The notes beneath the pieces are model-generated. The model saw only the letters and a list, made by a program, of their open reading frames with translations, was not told the origin of the DNA and searched no databases. 64,000 nt of DNA, taken from Chloroflexota bacterium. Its GTDB lineage: Bacteria > Chloroflexota > UBA11872 > VXOZ01. The stretch lies in NCBI GenBank assembly GCA_964291655.2, contig OZ219802.1, positions 1,376,001 through 1,440,000 of the forward strand. The letters are read 5' to 3'. A program made the position numbers and the translations under genes. Below are positions 33,066-45,729 of this stretch, one piece after another (the stretch's first letter is position 1; every line of letters starts with the position of its first letter).

Positions 33066-33920
33066 CTACCGCTTCTTGGTATGCAGATGCTTGTCCTTCA
33101 AGATGACCTTCTCCGCCGTGCCGCCCATGATGGCCTCGCGCTGCTCGTCGCTCATGGGGAAGTTGCGTAAGAACTCTACCTGCGGCAGCGGCTGCCAGGG
33201 ATGGAGATAGTCGGTGCCGAGCATGAGCTTCTGCCAGTTGCGTTGGATGAAGCCCTCGGTAAAGTCGAGATCGCGGGAGATGGCATTGTAGCCGGAACCC
33301 GCCGACAGGTCGCCGTACATGTTGGGATATTCTTGCAGCAGGCGTTCCGTGCTGCCGCCGGGCGTCACTTTGCCCGGTGGATACCCGATCTTGCTGGCGC
33401 GCTTGAAGTCTGCGGATATTTCCGCCCACCACGCTGGTCCGTGACCCATGAAGACCGTATTGGGACACTCCTTGAGCACCCGCTCCATTCCCGGCTGGCC
33501 GTCCTCATCGGTGCAGAGATTCAGGTCCAGGTGCAGCATCACCGGCAGGTCGAATTCACCGGCCAGGGAAAAAAGCTCAATGGCGCGGGGATCGTCAATC
33601 GCCAGGCCGTTCTTATGCTCGCCAAAACCCATGATGCCCTTGGCGACCATCCTCTCCAGCAGCATGCGTTTGTTCACGGAGTTGCGCGGATCGATGACGC
33701 CAAACGGGATGAACCGCTCCGGGTACCGCTTCCAATCTTCCAGTGCCTCCGCCGTGAGGAAGTATTCCGGAAAGGACTCCGGACTCTCCAAGGGCAGGAG
33801 CACAGACATATCCACGCCCATCTTGTCCATGCGGTTCACCATCTGGTCCGCCGACATGCTGAGGGCGTTGCCCATACTCCATCGCCCACGACAGGTGTGC
33901 GTGTGGACATCAATAACCAT
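33066..33920 (-). CDS. amidohydrolase family 2 protein
   Basis: IDVHTH, GFGEHK, PVMLH, FMGHG, LMLGTD. Confidence 0.9.
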   Translation of the reverse strand: MVIDVHTHTCRGRWSMGNALSMSADQMVNRMDKMGVDMSVLLPLESPESFPEYFLTAEALEDWKRYPERFIPFGVIDPRNSVNKRMLLERMVAKGIMGFGEHKNGLAIDDPRAIELFSLAGEFDLPVMLHLDLNLCTDEDGQPGMERVLKECPNTVFMGHGPAWWAEISADFKRASKIGYPPGKVTPGGSTERLLQEYPNMYGDLSAGSGYNAISRDLDFTEGFIQRNWQKLMLGTDYLHPWQPLPQVEFLRNFPMSDEQREAIMGGTAEKVILKDKHLHTKKR

Positions 33921-34216
33921 AGTGCGTCTTTCCTTCCGAGAAGATTCTGGCTGGGTTTTCTGCGTTTGCCGTTGCTCGTGTTGATAGGAGTATACCGTAT
34001 TCGGTCGATTGACTTTGGCGAGGAGGCAAAGAGGGTGACCTTCGCGCACAATCTTGTTCAGACACCTCCGGGAGCGCCTTAGTTACACTCGTGCGCGAAC
34101 GGCTATATACTTAGAGCCAAATCAACTTGGCATTTGCCCGTTCGCCCTAGGCCCGCCTGTACTAAGATTGCTGTCAGCTCAAAGCGTGAGCGGCAATTGG
34201 TATACGCGAAGCGCAG

Positions 34217-34248
34217 CCGTTCGCCCTGAGCCTGTCGAAGGGTAACGG
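34217..34248. repeat. REP (CCGTTCGCCCTGAGCCTGTCGAAGGGTAACGG)
   Basis: Same family as copies at 1371 and 51590-51966. Confidence 0.75.
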
Positions 34249-34365
34249 CTGTCAAGGCACGGAGGGACTCCCGCGACTACCCAAGAGGTCTCCCTGCACT
34301 TGCAGGCGCATAGCGGAAAGGGCTCGCATCAAGAAGCCAGACAATCCCCATGGAGTAAGCAAACC

Positions 34366-35439
34366 GTGAACAAATTCGATCTCCCAACCCCGGCGCTCTG
34401 CATTGATATGGAGTCGGTCCGCCACAATCTGCGCCTCATGCAGGACTTTGCCGATGGAGCCGGCGTGGACCTGCGCCCCCACGCCAAGACCCACAAGAAC
34501 CCGTTCTTTGCGCACATGCAGATGGCACAGGGAGCGGTGGGAGTCTGCGTGGCAAAGCTCAGTGAAGCCGAGGTCATGGTGCAAGGGGGCGTAAAGGACA
34601 TCCTCGTCACCAATGAGATCGCCGATCCGCGCAAGTTGCGCCAACTGGCGGGACTGGCGCACTACGCCAAGATCACATTGGCAGTGGATAGTCTGTCATG
34701 CGCCGCGGCGGCGGCGCGGGCGGCCATGGACATGGGGAGTACGCTCAATTTGCTCATCGAGGTGGATAGCGGGTCGCTGCGCTGCGGCACCGCTCCCGGT
34801 GAGCCGACGCTTGAACTGGCGCGGGGCATCATGGAGCTGGAAAGCGTGGTTTTCGCGGGGATCATGGGTTACGAGGGCCACTGCATGTTCATCGAGGACG
34901 CGGACGAGCGCCAGCGGATGGTGCATGCGGACCAAGAGAGACTAGTGGGCACCGCCGATCTCATCCGCTCCCACGGCATTCCCGTGCAGACGGTCTCCGC
35001 CGCGGGCACCGGCACCTATGACCTGACCGGCAACTATCCGGGCATTACCGAGCTGCAGCCGGGGTCGTACATCTTCATGGACGGACGTTACCGGCCGCTG
35101 AAACCGGAGTTTCGCTGCGCGATCACCGTAATCGTTACGGTGATCAGCCGTCCCACGCCGGAGCGGGTCGTTGTCGACGTGGGCATGAAGTCGCTAACCA
35201 ACGAGTTCGGCATGCCGCTGGTGCTCAACGTCCCCGATTGCGAATTCTACCGCGAGGGCGAGGAAAACGCCTGCATCCGCCTGGACGATACCAGCCATCC
35301 CATTCGCCCCGGCGATCAGGTGGAACTACTGCCAATGCACGGCGATACGACAATTGCCGTACATGATGAGTACCACCTCTGCCACGGCGAAGAGGTGGTG
35401 ATGACGCTGCCGATACAGGGACGCGGAAAGTTTCACTAG
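34366..35439 (+). CDS. DSD1/D-threonine aldolase-like PLP enzyme (alanine racemase fold)
   Basis: LPTPAL, LRPHAKTHK, GIMGYEGH, GTGT, ELQPGSYIFMD. Confidence 0.9.
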   Translation: MNKFDLPTPALCIDMESVRHNLRLMQDFADGAGVDLRPHAKTHKNPFFAHMQMAQGAVGVCVAKLSEAEVMVQGGVKDILVTNEIADPRKLRQLAGLAHYAKITLAVDSLSCAAAAARAAMDMGSTLNLLIEVDSGSLRCGTAPGEPTLELARGIMELESVVFAGIMGYEGHCMFIEDADERQRMVHADQERLVGTADLIRSHGIPVQTVSAAGTGTYDLTGNYPGITELQPGSYIFMDGRYRPLKPEFRCAITVIVTVISRPTPERVVVDVGMKSLTNEFGMPLVLNVPDCEFYREGEENACIRLDDTSHPIRPGDQVELLPMHGDTTIAVHDEYHLCHGEEVVMTLPIQGRGKFH

Positions 35440-35872
35440 CGTGTGTAATTTACAAGCGGCTCGCTGCCTGAAACTCGTGTGGGGCAACAGTGGGACCGAA
35501 GAATCCCCTCACCCCGGCCCTCTCCCCAAGGAGAGGGAGTACACCTTGTGCCACGTGGCGAGGCAACGCCTGTGCCGCCTCATTGGGAGAGAGATTCGGC
35601 CTCGATGATAAGGAGATGCTTGCTTGACCGCCGAGTGACTAGTGAGTCTTAGGTACTATGCATCTATCCCGGCAAAGGTGGCCCGGATCGCGAGGATGTC
35701 GGCAAGAGAGATTGTAATTCCAGTCCTGAATTTCTTTGAGGAGACCCCTGCAAGCAAGCGGCCGCATGTGCTACGCTGCGTGCAACGTGCACGTGGCGGC
35801 ACACGACTCCACACCCTCAAGCAATGCAAGCACGGCAACCGCTCACACAAAGCGTGAAAGGGAGCGCAACGA

Positions 35873-36466
35873 ATGAGCCAAGACCGGCATCTGCCAGTGG
35901 TCGTCGGCATTACGGCAGCCAGCGGCGCGGCGCTTACGGAACGCTGCATTACCTGGCTGGCCGGCCATGGCGTGCCGCTTTACGTGACGTGCAGCAATAA
36001 CGGCCGGCTGGTGTGGCAGCAAGAGCTGGATGAGTCGCTTGAGGAAGCTGCTGTTCGCTGGTCGCACGCGGGCGACGTGACGCTGATTGACGTGGGCGAC
36101 GAGGCCGCCTTGATTGCCAGCGGCAGTCTGCTCACTGCGGGAATGATCATCGTCCCGTGCAGCACAGGATCGGCGGCAGCCATCGCCAACGGTGTTTGCA
36201 CGAACGTGCTCCACCGCGCGGCGGAAGTGACCATCAAAGAAAGGCGGCCGCTGGTACTCGTGCCCCGTGAAACGCCGCTCTCCGCTATCCACCTCGAGTC
36301 CTGGCTCAAGCTCGCGCGGCTGGGGGTGACCATCGCGCCGCCCATGCTTACGTTCTACAACCATCCCCAGAACATCCAGGACATGGTGGATTTCAGTGTG
36401 GGCCGCGCTCTCACGCTGCTTGGCTTCCCGGACGCCCTTCCCGATCGCTTGCGCTACCATCTGTAG
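35873..36466 (+). CDS. ubiX: flavin prenyltransferase UbiX
   Basis: VGITAASG, IASGS, IVPCS, IKERRPLVLVPRETPLS, FYNHP. Confidence 0.92.
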   Translation: MSQDRHLPVVVGITAASGAALTERCITWLAGHGVPLYVTCSNNGRLVWQQELDESLEEAAVRWSHAGDVTLIDVGDEAALIASGSLLTAGMIIVPCSTGSAAAIANGVCTNVLHRAAEVTIKERRPLVLVPRETPLSAIHLESWLKLARLGVTIAPPMLTFYNHPQNIQDMVDFSVGRALTLLGFPDALPDRLRYHL

Positions 36467-36633
36467 GCATTTCCTCTCTTTTCGATCAGGGCGAAATGTG
36501 AATCAATTATTCGGGAGCCTATCGCCACGAGGCTGTACCAGGCGTTTGCCTCACCCACATGAGGCATTTGTACTTATGTTCACAAGTACGGTATGCTGCA
36601 CGCATATCAACGCAGTTAAGGAGGAATGAGAAC

Positions 36634-37632
36634 TTGGCTCTCACACGACGGACACTACTCCGAGGAGCGGTCGCCGGCGCGCTGGCGCTCCCCATGCTTG
36701 CCGCTTGCGGTCAGGTGACGGTAACGACAAGCGACACCGCAGGGCAAGAGGCCGCGGCGGAACCGACCAAGCTTCGCATTGGCGATCTTCCGCTCATTGA
36801 CATGTTGCCGGTCTACGTGGCGGAACAGGAAGGCTTGTTCCCGGAAAATCTGGAAGTTGAACTGGTGCCGTTTTCCAGCGCTTTGGAGCGCGACACCGCC
36901 TATACCTCTAAACAGGTTGACGGCGTGTTGAACGACTTTGTTTCGTCGACGGCTCTGAATCGCGAGCAGGATTTCACCCGAAACGTGCGGGTGATTTTAC
37001 GCTCCACCGAGCAACTCTCGCTCTTTGCGCTCATTGCGAGCAAGGGTTCCAACATCGAGAAGATTGAGGACGTGAAGGGCCAACAGATCGCGATTTCGCC
37101 CAACACCATTATCGAGTATGTACTGGACAGGATGCTCGGTACCGTGGGTCTCGGCCACGACGACGTTGAGAAGGTGGCCGTGCCCAGCATTCCGCTGCGC
37201 CTGGAGATGATCAATCAGGGCAACGTGACCGCTGCCGTGCTGCCGGAGCCCCTCGTCAGCCTGAGCATAGCAACGGCTGGCACGCGCCTCATCAGGGATG
37301 ATGCCGAGACCCAGTTCGGCGCCTCACTGCTCTCGTTCCGCAGCGACGTGATTGCGAGCCAGGAAGACACGGTGCGCGGCTTCATGGATGGTTTCGAGGC
37401 CGGCGTCAACCGCATCAACAGCAATCCGGGAGATTACCAGGACCTCATGGAAGCGCGCGGCCGTATTCCTCCTCCTCTGTTTGGCAAGTTTTCCGTACCC
37501 CAATTTCCCGCTGCTTCAGTTGTGACCCGGGAAGAGTATGAGGCGGTAGGCGAGTGGGCAGTCGGTCGCGGCCTGCTGCAAGAGGCAATCCCGTACGAAA
37601 ACCTGATTGATGACCGCTTCTTGCCCGGCTAG
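36634..37632 (+). CDS. ABC substrate-binding lipoprotein (NMT1/SsuA-like)
   Basis: Tat TRRTLLRG...LAAC; LRIG, LPVYVAEQEGLF, LPEP; AGGAGG RBS. Confidence 0.88.
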   Translation: MALTRRTLLRGAVAGALALPMLAACGQVTVTTSDTAGQEAAAEPTKLRIGDLPLIDMLPVYVAEQEGLFPENLEVELVPFSSALERDTAYTSKQVDGVLNDFVSSTALNREQDFTRNVRVILRSTEQLSLFALIASKGSNIEKIEDVKGQQIAISPNTIIEYVLDRMLGTVGLGHDDVEKVAVPSIPLRLEMINQGNVTAAVLPEPLVSLSIATAGTRLIRDDAETQFGASLLSFRSDVIASQEDTVRGFMDGFEAGVNRINSNPGDYQDLMEARGRIPPPLFGKFSVPQFPAASVVTREEYEAVGEWAVGRGLLQEAIPYENLIDDRFLPG

Positions 37633-37933
37633 GTCTCGCTGACACGAATCTAGAAGACGGGATTTTGACTGTGGCTGCTTGATGTGCCGTCGCCGATTGC
37701 GGAGACTGTGGGGCTCAGGCATGGGAATGGGCCAGTGGGCGCAGTGTAGTACGGCTCTTCGCAGTCGCGTTCCGGGTTCCTCCCAAAGTATCTCGCCAAA
37801 CCATGGTCTGAAGTGGGCCGTTCCTTTCCCTGCCGAGAGTAGGCCGGCTTGGACGAACTCCGCCTGTTGGTGAGAATCACTGTAGGGCATCAACCCGTAA
37901 GCGCCGCATCGCTATGGTGTTTGGAGCAAATGG

Positions 37934-38749
37934 ATGAGTGAGCCCCGTCAAGCCGTTCCGCCTGCGGAGACTAGCATTGCCGACACCGCAGACCTTCCGC
38001 CTCGCGCGAAACTTCAAAACGTGAAGTTCGCTTACCGAGAAGACCAACCAATCTTCGATGCCTTTTCTTGGCAAGTCACACCAGGCGATGCCTGGGCCGT
38101 GATCGGCCCTTCCGGCTGCGGCAAGTCTACCCTACTCTACCTGCTTACGGGCTTGCGCCAGCCGCAGGCGGGCGCGGTGCTGGTGGACGGCAGCGCGGTG
38201 GGAAAGCCGCGCCCCAGCAGCACGACAGGGCTGATTTTGCAGGACTACGGCCTGCTCCCATGGGCGACGGTGTGGGACAATGTGCGGCTCGGCCTGCAAT
38301 TGCGCCGCGCGCCGCGCGCGCAGCAGGAAGAGCAGGTGGCATACTGGCTGGAACGTCTCGACATCGCCGCGCTGCGCGACCACTATCCGGCTCAAATCTC
38401 CGGCGGCCAGCGCCAGCGCGCAGCTATCGCCCGCACCCTTGTCTTCCAGCCCAACTTGCTGCTGATGGACGAGCCGTTCAACTCGCTGGATGCCCTCACC
38501 CGCGAACGCCTGCAGAACGTTGTACTGGAGTTGATCCAGGAACACGGGCTCACCACGGTGCTCGTGACCCACAATATCGAGGAGGCGGTCTTTCTCGGCC
38601 AACGCGTGCTCGTCCTGGACCAGCCACCCACCGCCGCTGGAACGGTCTTCGAGAACGGCCACGAGGATTCCCACAACTACCGCTCCTCACCAGAGTTTCT
38701 GGCCCAATGCACGGCACTCCGCGCCTTGCTGGCCGGATTGGGCGCATAG
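37934..38749 (+). CDS. ABC ATP-binding protein (SsuB/TauB-like)
   Basis: GPSGCGKST, ISGGQRQR, LLMDEPF, LVTH. Confidence 0.93.
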   Translation: MSEPRQAVPPAETSIADTADLPPRAKLQNVKFAYREDQPIFDAFSWQVTPGDAWAVIGPSGCGKSTLLYLLTGLRQPQAGAVLVDGSAVGKPRPSSTTGLILQDYGLLPWATVWDNVRLGLQLRRAPRAQQEEQVAYWLERLDIAALRDHYPAQISGGQRQRAAIARTLVFQPNLLLMDEPFNSLDALTRERLQNVVLELIQEHGLTTVLVTHNIEEAVFLGQRVLVLDQPPTAAGTVFENGHEDSHNYRSSPEFLAQCTALRALLAGLGA

Positions 38750-39187
38750 ACCGCGCACAGACCTCCCGTACGCGTGCACGGTATACTAGACGGAGTGGGA
38801 CTTTTCATTACTCCCCCCGAGACTTACCCCGTACTCGAATTGGGACGGAAAGCCGTCTGCTCTGCTCCGGGGCGAACACTCTTTCAGTGGGAAGAGCCCC
38901 CGCCCTCGGTTTGCGGGTCCTAAACTAGCTAGAACACGGCAGGTTCCAATGAGTCGCGCGCTGTCACTCCGGCGCAAGCCGGAGTCCAGGGAAGCAATGG
39001 TAGTGGATTCCTGCCTCGACCCCTGTTCCGGTCAGAGTTACCGCGCACACTTCGTCCCAAGAGCGGGGGACAAGCCCCCGCGCTACAAGAAGAAAGTTGC
39101 TCCAAGGAGACCGGTGGTGCGATACTGCCGGTCGAACGATTGGAAAACCATGACGAACCACATACCCCCAGAGTGGACATACACAAC

Positions 39188-40000
39188 ATGAGCACAATTC
39201 CGCACTACATCATGAGTAAGGACAACCCTCAGATCAAGCGCGTGCGGTCGTTGTTGCAATCGTCGCGGCAGCGACGGAAAGAGCGTGCGTTTGTCGTAGA
39301 AGGCGTGCGCCTGGTGGAAGAGGCGCTCGCCGCCGATCGAGTTTCCTCGCTCTACGTCTGCTCCGAATTGCTTACCGCCCATGAACGCAGCCGCGCCTTC
39401 CTTGAAAGTCTCCACGAAGATGCCGCCTATGCCCTCATACACGTTGCGCCGGACGTATTCGCGGCTCTGGCAGACACGGCCACGCCGCAGGGCGTGGTGG
39501 CGGTCTGCTCGTTACCGGATGAGCCGGCATTGCCGCCCCAGCCTACCCTGGCGGTGCTGCTCGATGGCGTGCAGGATCCGGGAAACGCGGGCATGATTCT
39601 GCGCGCCGCCGCCGCGGCCAATGCCGACGGTGTGCTATTTGGCCCTGGTAGCGTAGACCCATATAACCCCAAGGTGCTGCGCGGAGCGATGGGCGCCCAC
39701 TTTCGCACTGTGCTGCTTAGTCTTCGCAGCGAGGACGACGTGCGTAAGGTCTGCGGAGGGTTTACGCAGCGTCCTGCAGCTACAGCACGCGGCGGCGAGC
39801 GCTACGATACGGTTGACTGGACCGAACCGACCCTGCTAATTGTGAGCGCGGAGGCCCACGGCACCAGCGAATTGGGCAGCAGCCTGCAGACCGCCGCGGT
39901 GTCGATCCCGCTTGCCAATGAGGTGGAATCCCTCAACGTCGGCATGGCCGCGGGCATTCTGCTTTTCGAGGCAGTGCGGCAACGGCTGGATGAATCATAG
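39188..40000 (+). CDS. TrmH/SpoU-family RNA methyltransferase
   Basis: FVVEG, TPQGV, VQDPGNAG, ESLNV. Confidence 0.92.
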   Translation: MSTIPHYIMSKDNPQIKRVRSLLQSSRQRRKERAFVVEGVRLVEEALAADRVSSLYVCSELLTAHERSRAFLESLHEDAAYALIHVAPDVFAALADTATPQGVVAVCSLPDEPALPPQPTLAVLLDGVQDPGNAGMILRAAAAANADGVLFGPGSVDPYNPKVLRGAMGAHFRTVLLSLRSEDDVRKVCGGFTQRPAATARGGERYDTVDWTEPTLLIVSAEAHGTSELGSSLQTAAVSIPLANEVESLNVGMAAGILLFEAVRQRLDES

Positions 40001-40074
40001 CTTACAGGCGTGCAGGCCGACAGAAGACTACTGCATAACTCTACCAATCAGTTTGCATGAGGACGGCTTTGCGT

Positions 40075-40970
40075 CGTCTCCTCACTCCAATTCTCTCCCC
40101 AGGGAGACTTTTGCATAGCCATCGCCGCAGTGAGGCCGTCCTTTCTTTCATCACGGAGACCCCGTATCGTGTCGATACGCTGTATCGAGGTACGGTGCAG
40201 GCTTTGCGTACCTTCGGCCAGAGGCACAAGATCTACTCCCTCTCCCCGGGGAGAGGGCCTGGGGTGAGGGGGACTTCTGCGTATCCTGTCCTCATTACCT
40301 GTAAAACCTATACGAAAGTGTGCAAAAACCATCAAGAAAGCTCCCAGATTGCGGGTAATTCCCTCTCACTCCCGTATCGAGTCGATACGCTGTGTCGAGT
40401 ACGGGGCAGACTCTAACCCTCTCCCGGTGGAGAACGTTGCGAAACCTAAGCGGAAGCGAGAGTGTTCCCTCTCCCTCGACGGGAGAGGGCTAGGGTGAGG
40501 GTGAATCTCCTGAAAGCTATCCACATGCACATCGAATCTGCCCTGATACATCTTGACACTGCACAGCGCAAAGGGCCATTGTAACAAAAGACCCCCTCAC
40601 CCCAACCCTCTCCCCCAGGAGTGTACAGACCGGGGACATAGGTAACAGTTGTTCGGGGACATGGGTTACACATTTTACTGATTGACACCTACGAGAGCAT
40701 TGGGTTGGTCCGGGTTTGATAAGAGACTGGCGACACAGTGCACTCACTTTCAGCCTGTCAGCTTGTGCCAGAGAAACAAACTGTGTGCATAAGGATATTG
40801 AGCGGATCTAACTTTCAAGGCAAGGACATCGCATACTACGAAAATCCCCTCGTTCTATGGTGTAACCTATGTGCCCGAACATGTGTAACCCATGTACCCG
40901 GTCTATACAAGGAGAGGGAGTGCCCCTGCGTGAAAGTGGGGTTATGCAAAGGTCTCCGGTGGGAGAGCGG
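40075..40970. repeat. nested composite palindromic element; its 40430-40960 part is homologous (inverted) to 59930-60482
   Basis: CCCTCACCC REPs, GAGACYTTTGC/GCAAAGGTCTC ends, CCCCGTATCGAG..TACGGGGCAG inserts and the M2 MITE. Confidence 0.85.
40622..40909. mobile_element. 288-bp MITE (family M2) with IS481-like TGT...ACA ends and 5-bp TSD AGGAG
   Basis: TGTACAGACCGGGGACATAGGTAACA...TGTAACCCATGTACCCGGTCTATACA; each end has two GG[G/C/T]ACAT[A/G]GGT[A/T]ACA direct repeats; AGGAG on both sides. Confidence 0.85.
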
Positions 40971-41068
40971 ACTTTCCCGCCTTGGCAAGGGTAAGGGAGC
41001 CTGGCATTCCGGCGCTCGCATTGCGCGCCGCTCTTGTGAATTATTGCCTGCGAAATGAAAGAGTGCTC

Positions 41069-41473
41069 ATGACACAAGATTCCATTTTCATAGAGGGCAT
41101 GCGCCTGCCCGCCCACATTGGCGTAACTGAGGAGGAGCGTGACTCACCACAAGTGCTGCGTTTCGACCTTGAGCTCCGCTGCGACCTGCGCCGCGCGGGC
41201 GCGAGCGACGACGTCAGCGACACAATCGACTACGGGGCCGTCTACCGGCACGTTGTGAACGTGGTGGAGCGCACGCGGTGCAAGCTCTTAGAACATCTGG
41301 CAGACCGCATTGCCGCCACGCTGCTTGCGAAGTTTCCCGCGTGTGAAGAAGTGCGCGTCCGCGTCGGCAAACCGGCGCTCTTTCCCACCACGGGACGGTC
41401 CGGCATGCCGGGGGTGGAGATCAGCCGTAGAAGAGCCGATCCCGGCGCGGCATTGCCAAGAGGAACTACTTAG
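41069..41473 (+). CDS. folB: dihydroneopterin aldolase
   Basis: DSIFIEGM..HIGVTEEER...SDDVSDTIDY...KLLEHLA...VGKP. Confidence 0.93.
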   Translation: MTQDSIFIEGMRLPAHIGVTEEERDSPQVLRFDLELRCDLRRAGASDDVSDTIDYGAVYRHVVNVVERTRCKLLEHLADRIAATLLAKFPACEEVRVRVGKPALFPTTGRSGMPGVEISRRRADPGAALPRGTT

Positions 41474-41506
41474 CCCAGCCTTGGCAGCTACTTGGTCAGT
41501 ACCGCG

Positions 41507-42181
41507 TTACTGATTGCCGAGGATTCCATTCAGGACACTCTGGAACTCGGCTACCGGTCTCCCACCCTCGAAGACCTCTACAATGCGATGGTCGGCATCG
41601 AGGATGTAGGTTGTCGGGAATGAGCTGATATTGTACGCGGTGGCGACCTGAAGGCTGGGATCGAAGAGTAGGGGATAGGTGACGCTGAACTCTTTCTGGA
41701 ACCACTCGATATCGCCCGCCGTGATGTGCCTCTTGTCAGCCGGGTAATCTTTTCCGTATGGGGTCGCGCTGATGGAGACGATGTGCACGCGGTCGCCGTA
41801 CTCGGCGTGAATCTCATTCAGGCGCGGCGCTTCGTCCTGGCAGTGCGGGCACCACGGGGCAAAGAACGCAATCAGCACCGGTTTGCCCGCGAGCGACTCG
41901 AGGCTCACCGTTTCCTCTGCCGTGTCCTGCAACGAAAAGTCGGGGGCAGCCGCGCCAACTTCCAGGACCGTGCGCTGCTGGGATTCTCCCATATCCTCCG
42001 TCGGCAGCGCGCTGCTGCTGTCGGCGGGCTGGGGCGTTCCAACAATGCCGGGTAGGACGGATGGCACAACCAGCGCCAGGACCCCAAGCACGACCACAAC
42101 CGGAATAATCCACTTCCGCCATGCCCGTGCCATGGATCTTCCACTCTGGGTGTTGCGTTTCTTCGACTTCGCTCTTGGCAT
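41507..42181 (-). CDS. membrane-anchored TlpA/ResA-like thiol-disulfide oxidoreductase
   Basis: N-terminal TM, APDFSL, FAPWCPHC, FPTTYILD. Confidence 0.9.
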   Translation of the reverse strand: MPRAKSKKRNTQSGRSMARAWRKWIIPVVVVLGVLALVVPSVLPGIVGTPQPADSSSALPTEDMGESQQRTVLEVGAAAPDFSLQDTAEETVSLESLAGKPVLIAFFAPWCPHCQDEAPRLNEIHAEYGDRVHIVSISATPYGKDYPADKRHITAGDIEWFQKEFSVTYPLLFDPSLQVATAYNISSFPTTYILDADHRIVEVFEGGRPVAEFQSVLNGILGNQ

Positions 42182-42549
42182 GTTAGTGCTCTCTTGCCCG
42201 GCAATTCTTGGGTAAATTATTCGTTTGTAAAGTCGAGCGCCGCGCCATCACAACCGCGCTTGCGCACTTGCCTCCCTGCGTCGCAAGATGATCAGACACA
42301 GACTTGCCTGGCTTACCTGTACGGTGGTTGTCTTGAGTTTCGCAGGTTTGCAACCCTTTGAGGCTATCCCTGTCCGCCCCTGCCAATGGGAGACCCTTCT
42401 CTCCCGCATACTGCCCTAGCAGTCGGACTCTGTCAATTGCGGCGAGCCCAGCAGTGCCTCCTTCCCATTGTCCCGACTGAGGTACATGGCGCACCATCGG
42501 GAGGAAGCATCTCTTCGACAATATCGGGCATTCCAAACTTGTAACGGAG

Positions 42550-45048
<2,499 letters not shown>

Positions 45049-45171
45049 ACGCTCTCCTTGCGGTCAGAAAGGGCACTCGCGGCGCTGTTATTTCGTAATT
45101 CTCGGACCGCTCCGTCACAGTTGTGAAAACAGATGTTATCGGCTGACTTCGTAAGAGACGCAGTCTCTCTC

Positions 45172-45318
45172 CGGTAGCGCAGGTTCGCAACCTGCGTCCT
45201 GACTTCGCTCCGGTAGCGCAGGTTTGCAACCTGTGACCTAACATTGCCCCGGTAGCATAGGTTTGTAACCTGTGTCCTGACTTTGCCTCGGTAGCGCAGG
45301 TTTGTAATTTGCGTCCGC
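45172..45318. repeat. 4 x 39-bp tandem GTAG-type REP array
   Basis: CGGTAGCGCAGGTTTGCAACCTG.. units at 45172, 45211, 45250, 45289. Confidence 0.9.
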
Positions 45319-45729
45319 TGCCGTCTCTCCGGCAAGAGAGGGACTTCGCCTGCTCTGTGTCACGCGGCTCCACCCCAAGCGGGTGGGCAGCCCCCGCGCT
45401 ACACTTCTATCTGAGATTGCACGTGGTCTGCGACCTTTGACCTCAACCAACGAGCTAGCGAGCACCGCGATGAGGAGGCCTTCGATTTCATCGAAGTCGC
45501 CGTATCCATCTCTCGCATGCGGTCTGCCACGACCAGGGTGTGCTCTCAGTGTTTCTGGGAAACTAGGGTCCTCGTCTCCGCGCAGATTGCACCAGTTGCA
45601 GCCACTACCCGTGTGCTCACACTGCACGTGTGCTCGCACTGCGTTGTGCCAAGGTCGTCCCGAGCAGGTAAGGGCCGAAATTGCGGAACCGTTCGCCACG
45701 CCACACGGTGTCTACCAGCCGAAACATAC

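Noticed and set aside
40446-40747. Small Cys-rich ORFs repeated at 60145-60464
   Set aside because: They are translations of the non-coding M2 MITE/REP composite, not genes.
45172-45318. Possible CRISPR array
   Set aside because: Period is only 39 bp, the inter-hairpin parts are similar to each other rather than unique spacers, and there are no cas genes.
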